NCBI GenBank assembly: GCA_010093815.1
Contig: ML996581.1
Reading direction: 5' to 3' (one strand)
Length of the DNA stretch: 64,000 nt
DNA from: Pseudovirgaria hyperparasitica
Taxonomy: Eukaryota
In this document: piece by piece, positions 11,518-21,647 of the stretch
Numbering within the stretch: position 1 is the stretch's first letter
How the letters are laid out: each line of letters begins with the position of its first letter
Notes under the pieces: model-generated
What the model saw: the letters and a program-made list of their open reading frames with translations, nothing else
Told to the model about the DNA's origin: nothing
Database searches by the model: none
Translations under genes and position numbers: made by a program

Positions 11518-13422
11518 ATGAGGAAAGCGGAACAACTCTTCTACCTGGCCGTCTTCTCGCTGCTGGGTACGTCGCACACAGCGTCGCCGCAACTCAACGC
11601 ACGAGAACCGACAAAGAGCAAGAATGCGCCTCCGAATGTCTGCGATGTAAGCAATGCCAATTCCAGTGACTGTCATTCCCAGCCGTCTGTTCTCGTAGAT
11701 ACCCCCTCTAAACTTGTTTCCGTGCAGTTCGAGCCGGGCGCCATTGTCTCCGATGCTTGTGCCTCTTATTCCACCCTCGACGGCCTCAACGAAGCTCTGA
11801 GTCCGTTTGTCACGAAGATCACCCAGGACACCGACTTCTTCTCACACTACCGATTGAACCTGTTCAACAAAAAATGTCCGTTCTGGGATGATGAGAATGG
11901 CATGTGTGGCAACATTGCTTGTGCGGTGAACACGTTGGACAATGAAGAAGATATACCCCTTGTCTGGAGAGCGCAAGAGCTGGGTAAACTTGAAGGACCA
12001 CGGGCAAAGCATCCTGGAAAGAAAGTCAGAGAAGTGTTGAATGAGAAACCGCTGCATGGGCATCTTGGAGAAAACGTAGAAGAGAGTTGCGTAGTTGAGT
12101 CGGATGATGAGTGCGATGACAGAGACTACTGCATACCAGAGGATGAACGAGCAGATGCAAAGGGCGATTATGTCAGTCTTGTCGACAATCCAGAGCGATT
12201 CACCGGATATGCTGGCCCTGGCGCGCAGCAGGTTTGGGAGGCCATCTACAGGGAAAATTGCTTTTCAAAAGGCAGTCCAGAGGTAGTTGTTCAGACCCCC
12301 GGTTCTTCTGGTTCTTCGCTTGGCGGCTTCGCCGCACAGGATCTGCGTCAGGCCCTCAAGGAACAGGGAGTCAAGCAAGGTATCCAATCCGCTATCGCCC
12401 ACGGCTCTGGATCGGCTCGTGTTGACCCTATAGAATTTGACGACACTTGTCTCGAGAAGCGTGTCTTCCATCGCGTCATCTCTGGAATGCACGCTTCTAT
12501 ATCCACACACCTATGCCATGACTACCTAAACCAAACGACTGGAGAATGGGGTCCGAACTTGGCATGTTACGAGTCTCGCCTTCATAGTCATCCCGATCGA
12601 GTCTCGAATCTCTACTTCAACTATGCACTGGTTCTCCGTGCTGTAGGCAAGGTCCGCCAACACATTCAAAACTACTCTTTCTGCTCAGCCGATCCAACAC
12701 AAGATTCCAAGACCAAAAACCTCGTCCTCAATCTTGCCGCCAATGTGCCCTCAGCTGCTGAGATCTTCGATGAAACAACAATGTTCGCTGATCCATCGGT
12801 CATCGATCTCAAAGAGGACTTCCGTAACCGCTTCCGCAACGTCTCGCGGATTATGGACTGCGTCGGCTGTGACAAGTGCCGCCTATGGGGTAAAGTGCAA
12901 ACCGCAGGCTATGGCGCGGCGCTCAAAGTACTTTTCGAGTTCGACGAGTCCAACAGCGAAAACGATCCGCCGCTGCGTCGCACAGAGCTCGTCGCCCTGG
13001 TGAATACCCTCGACCGCCTATCACACTCGCTCAAAGCAATCAAATCCTTCCGCCACATGATCGAAGAGCGTGACGGGCTGGCCCAGACCCCAGACGCCGA
13101 GCCCTCACAGCTCCCTCACCCCATCAACGACGACGTTCCGCCCATCCAAAACAAGAAGAAGAAGGCAAAAGTATACGACGACGACGAGGAATGGCGGCCG
13201 AAACCCAGACTATACGACCCGGACGAGACATTCACGGAGATGCTGTACGCCGAGGCATACCTGGTCTGGCGCACGTACTGGTACGTGATGCGTCAATGGT
13301 GGAATCTGCCCCGCAAGCTGTACGCGATCGGGCTGTGGGAGTTGAGGCGTCTGTATGCCTGGTGGCTTGGGCTCAGTGTGCCGGAGAGGGGCTGGGCGTT
13401 TCGGACACCCGACGAGTTGTAG
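11518..13422 (+). CDS. ERO1: Endoplasmic reticulum oxidoreductin Ero1 (about 607 aa after removing the in-frame intron 11647-11727)
   Basis: Signal peptide; CPFWDDENGMCGNIAC cysteine region; YVSLVDNPERFTGY; FHRVISGMHASIS; inner active site MDCVGCDKCRLWGK (CxxCxxC); C-terminal PDEL. Confidence 0.97.
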   Translation: MRKAEQLFYLAVFSLLGTSHTASPQLNAREPTKSKNAPPNVCDVSNANSSDCHSQPSVLVDTPSKLVSVQFEPGAIVSDACASYSTLDGLNEALSPFVTKITQDTDFFSHYRLNLFNKKCPFWDDENGMCGNIACAVNTLDNEEDIPLVWRAQELGKLEGPRAKHPGKKVREVLNEKPLHGHLGENVEESCVVESDDECDDRDYCIPEDERADAKGDYVSLVDNPERFTGYAGPGAQQVWEAIYRENCFSKGSPEVVVQTPGSSGSSLGGFAAQDLRQALKEQGVKQGIQSAIAHGSGSARVDPIEFDDTCLEKRVFHRVISGMHASISTHLCHDYLNQTTGEWGPNLACYESRLHSHPDRVSNLYFNYALVLRAVGKVRQHIQNYSFCSADPTQDSKTKNLVLNLAANVPSAAEIFDETTMFADPSVIDLKEDFRNRFRNVSRIMDCVGCDKCRLWGKVQTAGYGAALKVLFEFDESNSENDPPLRRTELVALVNTLDRLSHSLKAIKSFRHMIEERDGLAQTPDAEPSQLPHPINDDVPPIQNKKKKAKVYDDDEEWRPKPRLYDPDETFTEMLYAEAYLVWRTYWYVMRQWWNLPRKLYAIGLWELRRLYAWWLGLSVPERGWAFRTPDEL

Positions 13423-13667
13423 ACGTCTGTATAGTACATGTATATATGCACATGAGCGTGGTGGAGCTTGGTAATATAGATAGGTGTTGATGCATGGCTT
13501 GGCTTAAGTTAACTTGGTATAGCATGGTATAGCATGGCATTGGCATGGTGTTTTCTTGTGTTTGCTTCAAGGAAAGAGCAATTTTCGCCCCCCGTCCGTT
13601 TCTAAGCATAGAGCGCCCTGTGGCTACATTCTACACTCCGATTGAATATACACGGAGGATTGAACGT

Positions 13668-13829
13668 TTGATTGATTGATTGATTGATAGATTGATTGAT
13701 TGATAGATTGATTGATTGATAGATTGATTGATTGATCGATAGATAGGCAGTTAGACATGCATATACACACACATAAATGCTTTATATACATATACATATA
13801 CATATATATACACACACACAAACACACAC
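13668..13829. repeat. Compound microsatellite (GATT/GATA)n followed by (TA/CA)n
   Basis: Read directly from the sequence, between the convergent ERO1 and fumarate reductase 3' ends. Confidence 0.9.
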
Positions 13830-14072
13830 CTCATCATCTCTTACCCCCCCCCCTGCCTGGATCATTTTCATCACTTGTCCGGCCCCCAACCCCACTTGCT
13901 GCGATTTGAATTTAAATTTTTTTTTTCAATCTCAAAAATCACGACTGAATTGGAGAATGAATGGCAAGTGGTTGGTTGGTTGGTTGATTGTCATGATGGA
14001 AATTAAATTGGATGGATGGTTGGTTGGTTGGTTGGGGTATATATATATATCATCAGCACTAATTAGAGTCTT

Positions 14073-14077
14073 AAGAA

Positions 14078-14109
<32 letters not shown>

Positions 14110-14336
14110 AGAAGAAGAGGAAGAGGAAGAGGAAGAGGAAGAGGAAGAGGAAGAGGAAGAGGAAGAGGAAGAGGAAGAGGAAGAGGAAGANNNNNNNNNN
14201 NNNNNNNNNNNNNNNNNNNNNNNNNNNNNNNNNNNNNNNNNNNNNGAAGAGGAAGAGGAAGAGGAAGAGGAAGAGGAAGAGGAAGAGGAAGAGGAAGAGG
14301 AAGAGGAAGAGGAAGAGGAAGAAGAAGAGGAAGAAG
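14073..14336. repeat. Purine-only (GAA)n/(GAAGAG)n repeat interrupted by a 55-N assembly gap (14191-14245)
   Basis: Read directly from the sequence; true length unknown because of the gap. Confidence 0.95.
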
Positions 14337-14762
14337 TTTGTGACATTTGATCCATAGACACACCAACTAACCCCAAATAACCCTCCTCCCACTAACCCCC
14401 AACAACCCCAGCAAAACGAATGAATGAAAACAAATCAAACCAAGCCACAGCAGGGTAAACAAATATCTCTAATCCCCCTTCCAGTACATTCAATTCACTA
14501 CCAAGAAACAAACGATTCAAGAAAAACTCATTCTAAAAAAAGTTTTCATTCATTTGCCATCTAGTAACTTGCGAATACAAAGATACGTTGCGACGCGACG
14601 TGAACCCCCCGGCCAAAATGTAATAAAATACAGCCAGCTATGAAAAGATGTATAGTCGAGATCATTCGTAAACCCGAAGACACAGACACTTCTTCCCCTC
14701 TCCCCCTTTTTTTTACAATTTATAACACCCTGGCTAAGCATACAGCAGCAGCAGCAGTACGC

Positions 14763-16820
14763 TCACGGGTCCAGGGTGATCTTCTGGCCCTTGACGCGGC
14801 CGATGACTATTTCGGGCGCGTACTTGGGAATAACCTCATCGTCGTGTAGCATCTCGAATTCCTCACTGGCGTCCTTGCCCATGTGGCTATATAGCGCCTG
14901 GGGACCGCCGGGGTGCTCGTCTACCCACTCGGTCAGATCAAGCACGATACCCTTGACGGCGATCCATAGATCGTCCTTCTTGTTGTGCTTGGCCACTTCC
15001 TCGAGCGAAATCTCCCGCTCGGGGATCTTGAACTCCTTTGGTGCGCTGGGCTTGGACACCTTGCCCGGGTCAGCACTGTCAGCACCAGCCTTCAAGATGG
15101 GGCCGGCCGAGGTCTGGGATTGTCGTGCTACGGCATCGGAGGCGCCGGTGCCTGATGAGCCACTCCAGTCGACGGTCACGCGGCCAGGTTGCGAGGGGTC
15201 GATGTGCAGAGAGATTTGGCCGAGACGCTGAGACGCGGACGACGCGCCTCCGGTAAGTGCCTTTTGGAAGAGGTACTTGCTGGCAGAGGCACCGGCAACA
15301 CGTCCGTATACGACGCATCCGAGAAGGGAGGATCCACCGAGACGGTTGGCACCGTGGACACCACCTGCCAACTCACCACAGACGAATAGACCGTCGAATG
15401 GCTTGCCCTCAGAGTTCAAGCACTCGGCCTTGTCGTTGATCTCGATACCACCCATGGTGAAGTGGAGCACTGGCTCCATCTCGGCAACGTGGAAGGTGTC
15501 GCTGATGTCAAATGGTAGATTGTGGAAGAACTTCTTGTTCCATGGGCACTTCTCCTTGCCCTCAGCGATGGCATTATATGTCTTGTATGTCTTCTGAAGA
15601 GCAGCGTCACCACAGCCGATTGTCTTTGCAAGTTCCTTGCCAGACATCTTCTTCATGAGGCCACGGCCAGAGTAATGCCTCGTGTGGAAGTCGAGGACAT
15701 TTGAGGCCTTCGAGTTGAGCACGAGGCGGATGGGCCAGTTGCCCTTCTCCTTCTGCTCCCACATCATGCCGGACACGTAGTCACGATGTCCGAGCTCGTC
15801 ACAGAAGCGCTCGCCCTTGGAATTAAGGAGAAGACCTCCCTCACCACGCAGAGCCTCGGCAGCCAAGAACTTCCACTTGGAACCAGGGTCCTTGGGGTCT
15901 ACAAGCCCGGTAGGGTGGACCTGGACCTTGTCCATATCAATGCCGTTGGCACCAATCGACATCAGCATTTTGTGTCCATCACCAGTGGCGTGCTGGCCGT
16001 TGGTCGTGGCAAGACCAAAGGTGTCTGGACGATGCTTCTTCAAAAGAGAAGAGTCACTGAAATCGGCAGCATAACCACCGGTGGCGAGGACGACTGGACC
16101 GTCGAGCGTGGTCTCCTCACCACCAAACTCGTAGGTCACACCAGTGATCTTGTTCCCGTCCTTGTTGACCTTGGTGACCTTGGCCTTCTTGATAAGCGCA
16201 ACACGCTCTGGCTCAGACTCGCATAGCTCTTCCCATCGTTGCATCAGGGCATATGTGATGGCCATACCGGGGAACTTGGCATCGTGGCCACGGTGAGTAC
16301 GGGGTTGGGAGTGACCACTGCAAGAAGATTAGCATGGAATCAAGAACCGGACTGCTCAAATACGCACCCCAGCCGTGAGACAAGAGTCAGATCGAGGTTG
16401 AAGACATCCTGCAGCCACTCGACGGCAGCTGAGGATTGATATGTGAGGACCTTGATCAGATCTGGACGAGCCTTGTCTCGCGCGGACTTCAGTGTGTCGT
16501 CGTAGAACTGCTTCACACTGTCCTCGATCTTGTGGTCGACTTGTGTCCTCGTCAGGGCACCGTTGATACCCGAGGTGGCCTTTGTGGAGTTTCCTCCCAT
16601 AAAGTCTTTGCAACGACGTCAGCTTCCAGCCCCGGGTGTTTGCGCAAGATACACATACTGTTCTTGTCAAGCAGAACGACGTTGCCACCAGCCAGGTAGA
16701 TGGAATGTGCGGCGCTCAAACCGGACACTATTTTATATTGTCAGCCTACAAACAGATATGCGGGAGTGGCGGCCAAGTGAACTTACAGCCGGCACCGACT
16801 ACGATGACTCTCTGCGACAT
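14763..16820 (-). CDS. OSM1: Soluble FAD-dependent fumarate reductase (Osm1/Frd1 flavocytochrome family) with C-terminal cytochrome b5-like domain; 631 aa; exons 16820-16787, 16727-16659, 16605-16368, 16317-14763
   Basis: Spliced N-terminus MSQRVIVVGAGLSGLSAAH (GxGxxG); GGNSTKATSGING; LGGHSQPRTHRG; VQVHPTG; EALRGEGG; LHFTMGG; GVHGANRLGGSSL; b5 heme motif HPGG. No targeting peptide is visible, so it is Frd1-like and probably cytosolic. Confidence 0.95.
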
Positions 16821-17917
16821 GATGGATATGCAATAAGACGATGAGGGTGGAGGTGAGGATGGAGAATGGAGAATGGAAGAAGGGAAGATGGAGCAGGAGA
16901 AGAGAGGATAGGAAACAAACAGCACGTGGAAGCAGACTGGCGGCGGGCCGAGTTCTTAAAGTGTATGGAATGGTCGGAGTGTGTACGATGCACTTGTTCC
17001 TCCTCTCGCTCTCACTCTCTCCCCACAGTCGCCCCAGACTCTCGCAGCAGCCTCGGTACAGTGGGGGCACTAGCAGCAGCATAGCCAGCCAATCGCGCCT
17101 ACCCGAATGTCAATGATTCAACAGTTGCACCCGTGCGTACTTGAGATGGCGCATATGCAATTATGGATAGCACTCTCTACTGACGCAGCTTGTTCTGTAA
17201 TAAACAGTTGCAGCTGTAATTAACCAACTTTAATAATTGTCACTATTATAAGGTCCTCGGCATGTGAAAGGCGACCTGCATGGGCTTCACAGGTTGCATC
17301 CTAGGCGTCTTGCTTATGACCTCCGTCACGCGCAACCCCAAAGCTCTGGCTGGCGGGAGAACGCTTGGGTCGTGGGCCCTGCGTGGGTCCTGAAAGAGAG
17401 AAAGTCTGGCAGCATGTATTAGCATGTGAAAGACCCCCGGAGCTGTATCAATTTTCTCCTATTTCCGATCTTCTTCACATCTGATATTCTCCCTTCTTCA
17501 TGGTACCTTTTGATGTCTGTATTCCATGGTGAGAATACTTGTTTTACTTGTCTACGTTTCTCATTGAAAGAACCCTAGCAGCCCTCGGTGTATCAGTGCG
17601 CGACCAACCCCCGAAGTGCCTGCTCAAACTGGTAATTCTCGCCTGTTGTCGCCAGTCTTCTGTCAGAACTATGTGCATTTGCGCATTGAACGCTGCGACA
17701 CGACTTGCATGACGATTCAGTCACCAAAGACACGCAGGAATACAGCTGTGCCATAATAGTGTATCTACTGATGTGAGCCTCTGCTAGCATCAATTGTTCC
17801 ACCAGTCATTGCAGACAACATGTACGTATTGAGGCATACTACTTGTAACATGCCGAACTTTTCAGATTATCACGACATTGCAACCAGACTGTCCTGCCAT
17901 CATAATTTCGGATCTAG

Positions 17918-18717
17918 TCAGACGACATTCTTTGCAAGCCACTGCTCCCAGTCCTCCTTCGAAAACCCACTCGAAATGCTTCCTTCTACGGCACCCTACA
18001 AACAGTTTAACACACATCACATTATATCAGTAATGCCAAATGATACTCACATTGAAGAGAACAGTAGGAGTAACATGAATGCCTACCAGTCGGTTGTACT
18101 TCAGGTCTCGTCAGCCCCAACTGCTCCCAACAAACTGTCGTGAGATTATGCATACCTTGACCAAAAGCTTAAGGTCGTTCGTCACGCCATTACCAATATT
18201 GAGTGCACCACCCTCCCCTGGCTGGTCCGAGATCTCCAAGAGCTCATAAAACTTATTTTCATCAATGCCGACACCTGCAGCAATCTTCCCTAGTCTCTTG
18301 TAGGTATCATTCCGAGCCTCGTTCACGACGTTGACGTCGAAGAACTCGGTTTGTTTCTCAAACAGCGCGTTGGAGAACTCCCAGAATTTGTTGGGCGCGA
18401 GCTTCAGGACGGCAATACCAGCCTCGTGAGTCAAAGTACTTGACGGATGCCATGGCTGGATCTGTTGTCGGAAAACGACTTGAAGCTTTCCAGCATACTT
18501 GTTGCGAACGAGAGGGAGGACGCTCTGGTACACGGTCGTGAACTGCTTCTTGGAGAACGGGCAGACGTAGTCGAGGTCTAGTGACGATATTTATTAGCTT
18601 GACCCTTCTATCAAAAGGTTCTTCCACTGGTCACTTACACAGCTCAAGACTGTGCACAGCCTTTGGCTGTCTGCTTTCGGCGAAGATTTGTCCAGCGAAT
18701 TTTGGTGCCAAAGCCAT
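17918..18717 (-). CDS. DsbA/thioredoxin-fold protein (CPFS motif), 208 aa; exons 18717-18639, 18577-18156, 18098-18051, 17995-17918
   Basis: Spliced translation MALAPKFAGQ...LELYLDYVCPFSKK...FRQQIQPWHPSS...RLVGIHVTPTVLFNG (cis-Pro TP loop of the DsbA family). Three GT-AG introns keep the frame. Confidence 0.85.
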
Positions 18718-18901
18718 TTTGCAAGTCTATTATGTATGTCAAGAAGCGGGGTAGAGGAAAGGAGTTGTAAAGGCTAGAATGCACAAGTATAATAAAGAGC
18801 CCAAAAAAATTGTTGTATGAGGTTCGATTGAAGACAAAGGTCTGATAGCTAGATATATAATTGGAATATGCCGATCTCCTTTAAATGACGCTCAATTGTA
18901 A

Positions 18902-18914
18902 TGACGTGACGTGA
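18902..18914. promoter_or_regulatory. Two overlapping TGACGTGA (CRE/UPRE-like bZIP) sites upstream of the DsbA-like gene
   Basis: TGACGTGACGTGA, about 190 bp upstream of the ATG at 18717. Confidence 0.4.
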
Positions 18915-20122
18915 GTCGCCGCAGCTCCGAACAGCGGTGCCGCAACTTTGGCGGGGCTGATCCTCTACGGATGGATTCAAGGTCAACCTATTTGCCCACC
19001 GTTAGCTTCCGACTCGCTATACGCAGCAGCAGCAAAACATGCAGAAATAAACATTCGTTCAGATTCCCAAAGTATAAGCATCGACGACCTGCATTTGTCG
19101 ATACCGGCCATGCCTTTTCCGGCTCTTCCTATCTTGAAGTTTTGTAAAGGGTAAAGAAAATCTCATCATCGAGGTGTGAATGTGTGGGCAAGGCGGCATG
19201 TTTCAACGTACCTGATCCGTTTCACCCATGTCTAGCCCAAACGTCTTGCGTATCTGATCTAAAGGCCAATATCCTGAAATCGTGCTGCGATAATTAGCGG
19301 ACGTGGAAAGCTGCACAGCCTCTATGATCAAGCGTCATTTGCATATAACGACGGATCTGGGAGCCGTGTCGAGGTGTTCTAACGCGACGATGTATCTGCG
19401 GCAGCAAGACGACAAACAAGATACCGACTGTTCTTAATTCAGCGATGACTGCATGGCGGAGACTCGCTATTGGAAAATCGCCAGACCACCGGAGCAGGTA
19501 AAGGTTCAACAGATATTCGTCACACTATGCATCACATTGCGTCCCTGCAGCCGAAAAATCTCGGTGCCTTGGTTGGCGGTAAGGTCGTACGTCGTAGAGC
19601 TCACGAAAGTATCGCATTTCGAACAGAGGGGTAAGTTTACCACAATAATGCCGTACAATTGTCTGTAGAGAGTTCGCTGTCGTGTAATCGCGAGTCTTCA
19701 CGGATGAGGGAGAGCAGGAGACAACCACGCGAAGAATAATATCGCCAAGACAAATTTCTTCGCAGACGCTGACATAATCATAGCGCTAGGACTATCACGG
19801 TAATACCTGGATCCAGTGCTCGGGAATACCTCTCTCGTCAACTCTCCAACAGTAACGTGATCGAACATCTAAACGTGTCATAATCATTAGCTGGGATACC
19901 AGAACCAGTTTGTCCGTCCCGTCATCATGGTTCTCAAACATGGGAGCCGCTGGGGATCTGCATTTGCTGATTAGTGTGGCCGGGCGACATGAGGGTACTC
20001 ATCTAATCAGCTTCAGGTGCGGGTGCTCACATGGTTGTCGAGACTCATATAGAAAGAAGCGAACAGAATGAAACTACTCCTCCCATTCTTCGCAGACATA
20101 ACTAGATTCCTGAACACCAAAC

Positions 20123-21190
20123 ATGGATGAAACCAGCGACCTCCCAAGCACAAGCACAAGCAGCAGCAGCGCCGCAAGCCGCGTCTTCGCCGTCGCCGAG
20201 CTCCTCGAACAAATCCTCCTCCATCTCCCCCAGAAAGACATCCTCACCTCCCAAACCATAACTCCATCCTGGCTATACACAATCAAAGGCTCCAGCAAGC
20301 TCCAACGCCGCCTCTTCCTCCTCCCCCAGCAGCCCCAGAACACCCCATCATCCAAATCCAAGCCCACAGGCAGCAAACACGACCCACCACCAACCCCCGA
20401 CAAAAAACACATCACAGTCACAACCTTCCTCGGCAGCATCCAAATCCCCCATCCCCTCCACGCAGCCTCATCCGCCCTGACCCCCAACAACACCACCACC
20501 ACCACCACCCCGGAGATCTGCATCAACCCGCTCCTCCCATCCATACCCACCCTCCCAGCCGGCCACTGGAGCATCACCGCAAACACCTTCAGCCCAACAT
20601 CAGCCTTCCCCTCGCCCGCCTGGCTGCCCATCCCGGACCCCTTACTCTACGACATATACCGCGCGCAAACGCCAACACTCGAGTACGACGCGCCCATTCC
20701 CCGCCTCCCACCATCGGATCCAGACACCTCCACCAGCTCAACCCCACGCGAGCCGCCTTCCGCAGGCACTACGCAGCACTACTCACCACCAACACTACCA
20801 CCACCACACTCATGGCGCGCAATGTACACATCCCAGCCGCCCGCGACACAGCTGCGACTCTCGCTCGTGCACGAACACGTCGTGCTCTCGTTCCGGAGCA
20901 AGAAGATGGTGCACTCGGCACGGGCGTACCGGAGCCGCATGCTGACCGCGGCCGACGGCGTGAAGATGGGCGCGGTGGTGGATGCCGCGGAGACGTTGCT
21001 GGCGGAGGAATGGGGCGAGCGGACACGCGAAGGGCCGAAGATGTGGGCGAGCCGGGAGCACGTCTGGATTGTGGAGGCGGTGGTGGCGAGCGCGGACACG
21101 GGCCCGCCGTGCAGGTGTCGGGACCGGGAGCGGTGGGACGGGGGAGGACGAGGCGTGTTTTGGAGGGATGCTGGGGATGAGGAGTGGTAG
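20123..21190 (+). CDS. Fungal F-box-like protein, 355 aa, single exon
   Basis: N-terminal VFAVAELLEQILLHLPQKDILTSQ...W...I...KLQRRLF F-box-like motif, plus INPLL and SWRAMYTSQPP motifs typical of this expanded fungal family. Confidence 0.7.
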   Translation: MDETSDLPSTSTSSSSAASRVFAVAELLEQILLHLPQKDILTSQTITPSWLYTIKGSSKLQRRLFLLPQQPQNTPSSKSKPTGSKHDPPPTPDKKHITVTTFLGSIQIPHPLHAASSALTPNNTTTTTTPEICINPLLPSIPTLPAGHWSITANTFSPTSAFPSPAWLPIPDPLLYDIYRAQTPTLEYDAPIPRLPPSDPDTSTSSTPREPPSAGTTQHYSPPTLPPPHSWRAMYTSQPPATQLRLSLVHEHVVLSFRSKKMVHSARAYRSRMLTAADGVKMGAVVDAAETLLAEEWGERTREGPKMWASREHVWIVEAVVASADTGPPCRCRDRERWDGGGRGVFWRDAGDEEW

Positions 21191-21647
21191 GTATCAAGTA
21201 TGTAAGTAAGTGGGAACGGATCTAAACACTGGATTTCGGGATGAAGAAGGTCTGATGTGTGTATCGAAGCGCATGATGCACTTTTGCGGACAGCTGCGGG
21301 TAGATGGAATTCATCAGGTTTCTGGCAACCAATGTTTAATTTACAGGACCCCCTAATACCAACTTGAGATAAAATGCGAGTATGACATTTTTCCAGATCC
21401 AGTTCTTTGAACACCAGTCCGTATCCGCCGTTGGATAGAGCAGGCTCGTGCTCCCAAATATAGACGCCGGCGCTAAATGCAGGAAAAAATAGATGTCAAA
21501 AGTCGATGACCGTGAGAGCGTGAGTACGATTGCGGTCGTGTGTATTAATTATGGCAATTGCAGTGATGGCTCCCCCTGTAGGTACCGAAATGATCACTCG
21601 GCCAAGATAGCACCTGTGTCGAGGTAGGTCGAGGTAGTTCAAAAGAA

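Noticed and set aside
13777..14392. Track ORFs encoding poly-RG, poly-LP, poly-FL and poly-S
   Set aside because: Translations of the (GAAGAG)n microsatellite across an N gap, not genes
16323..16337. AGAAGATTAGCATGG, identical to a core stretch of U6 snRNA
   Set aside because: It is the antisense of the branch point and acceptor region of fumarate reductase intron 3; the ACAGAGA box and the rest of U6 are absent
20074..21414. Antisense ORFs of 185 and 211 aa over the F-box-like gene
   Set aside because: Explained by the extreme base skew of the sense gene
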